Assembly (NCBI GenBank): GCA_001179505.1 | Contig: CDMY01000251.1 | Coordinates: forward strand, 62,001 to 126,000 | Origin: Vitrella brassicaformis CCMP3155 | Lineage: Eukaryota; Protista; Chromerida | Length of the DNA: 64,000 nucleotides | Reading direction: 5' to 3' | Part shown: in pieces, positions 62,409-64,000 of the stretch | How the letters are laid out: each line of letters opens with the position of its first letter | Numbering within the stretch: position 1 is the stretch's first letter | Made by a program: the position numbers and the translations under genes | The notes under the pieces: model-generated | Told to the model about the DNA's origin: nothing | Database searches by the model: none | The model's input: the letters and a program-made list of their open reading frames with translations, nothing else

Positions 62409-64000
62409 ATGGGGAGGGACTTTCGGCGGCGCGGTCTTGGGCGTTGGGGCGGGGTGGTACTGTCACTGCTATTTAAAATCGCATTTCTCAGTGCCGTGAT
62501 GGCACAAGGACCAGGTCAGCCACACACACCCACACACCCACGTGCCCACCCACATACGCCTGCGTGTGCGCGTCGTGTCTGTCTGTGTCCCTTTGCGTTC
62601 GTCACTTCAGAGTGTGCTCTTGAGGCTGATTTGGACTACGCCAAGGACTCTGATGCCGACATCAAGGGGGCGACCAACGGCTTCCCCGACTACCTCAACT
62701 GCGCCGACTGGTGCGCGGCGACGGCCGGGTGCGAGTACTGGGTGCACGTCGACATGGGCGACGACGGCATGTGCTGGCTCAAGAGCCAACGGGAGCCCGT
62801 TGTGGCGACACCAGAGGAGGACGGCAGGAAACTGATGGCAGGCAACAAGGCCTGCGGCAATCCGGACAATGCCCCCATCGAAGGTACGTACGGCACGTCA
62901 AGGGGGGGTGGGGGTGGACGAAAAGACACACAGGCGCGGCTGATGGGTGTGTTGTTGTGCGGTTGCATTGATTGCAGCCACGACCCCCCCTGCTGCTGAC
63001 GACGCGCCAGCAGAGGAGGGTGAACCTGCAGAGGAGGCCCCGGCAGAGGAGGAGGAGGAGCCGGTGGCAGACGCAGAGGCACCTCCTGGTGGTGCTGCTG
63101 CGGACGAGGCTTCCGAGTCGACCGATGACGCCGCCGGGTGCTTCTCGCTCAACACGGCATCCAGCTCAGAGGCTATCGAGCAATGGCATTATGACGTGGT
63201 CGAGAAGGGTTACCAGGTACCACACACACAGGGGGATGTCGGGCGCGATTGTGTGACGTCTGCCCATCTCTCTCTCTCTCTCTCTCTCCCCGTACGTTCT
63301 GTGTGCAGACGCCTTACTGGTGCCAAGTGCGGTGTATGGGCAACCCCGACTGCAACTTCTTTGTCTACCAGTTCAAGCAGGGACACTACCACGACGAAGG
63401 TACTGTGCTTACTGCACGCGCTGTCATGGCCAGCTAGCTATCGAGACCTCGATCAACAAACACGCGTTCGTTGCCTTTTCCTTTTTCTCAGCGACCCACG
63501 ATGTCAACGAAGTTGACTGTTTCCTGTTCGCTGACGAGAGCGGCACTTACACGCCCGACGAGAACCCCGACCTTGAGTTTGTCTTCGGGCCCAAATACTG
63601 CCCCGGACAGGGTACCGTACCACTCTCACACACACCATACACACACACACACACTACAAATACACACAACCGGCACGACAGACGCCATTTGTTTCTCTCT
63701 TTACTTCACCACTCTTCCTTCCTTCGTTCAGAGCGTGAGAGTTGGACGGCGGCTGTGGAGGAGTGGCCGCTGCGTATCAATGTGGGCGGTGCGCCGCACG
63801 AGGACGTCTACGACAAGAAGTGGCAGCAGGACAGGTACTTCACCACCGACTCCGGCTTCGCCAACATCTACAACGAATACAGATTCGTAAGACAACATAA
63901 CTTATTGCTCACACCAACACATCCACCCACACACCCACCCATACACACACACCACACCAATGAGACAGACACTCTAGTGTCTGTCATTCCCACCATCCAT
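62409..64000 (+). CDS. Secreted/surface protein: PAN/Apple repeats, an acidic linker and the start of a malectin-like domain; runs off the window
   Basis: Signal-like GVVLSLLFKIAFLSAVMAQG; CADWCAATAGCEYW..CWLK; WCQVRCMGNPDCNFFVY..CFL..GPKYC; LRINVGG..D..KKWQQDRYF resembles a malectin N-terminus. Confidence 0.75.

Overview
Gene-dense, intron-rich, GC-rich eukaryotic nuclear DNA. The GT-AG introns are filled with (TG)n, (TCTG)n and (GGAT)n microsatellites, and there are three 300-N gaps. An ApiAP2-type factor, an EWGW-insert enolase, a flagellar docking-complex subunit and several bipartite plastid-type leaders suggest a chromerid alveolate such as Vitrella (inference). I reconstructed about 24 genes by hand splicing. 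Recognisable ones are ALG3, a NEET/CISD protein, TSR3, a CD36-family protein, MAK16, CCT6, ODAD3/CCDC151-like, enolase, MPPED-like, YkgJ, ApiAP2 and COG2. The window also holds a RING protein, a PPR protein, an MFS transporter, a bacterial-type MBL hydrolase, a GGCT-like protein, a bacterial-type CBM9-like protein, two PAN/Apple proteins and several orphans. Top lead: a five-exon orphan gene (56774-57757, minus) that the ORF track misses, because its signal-peptide-led, GC3-biased frame is interrupted by a single in-frame TGA at codon 36. It is a candidate new selenoprotein or readthrough protein, but I found no SECIS by eye. Other leads are a TGCGAGCTT motif recurring in short divergent promoters, a 122-nt fold-back element, bacterial-type genes that have gained introns, and a probably plastid-targeted enolase.
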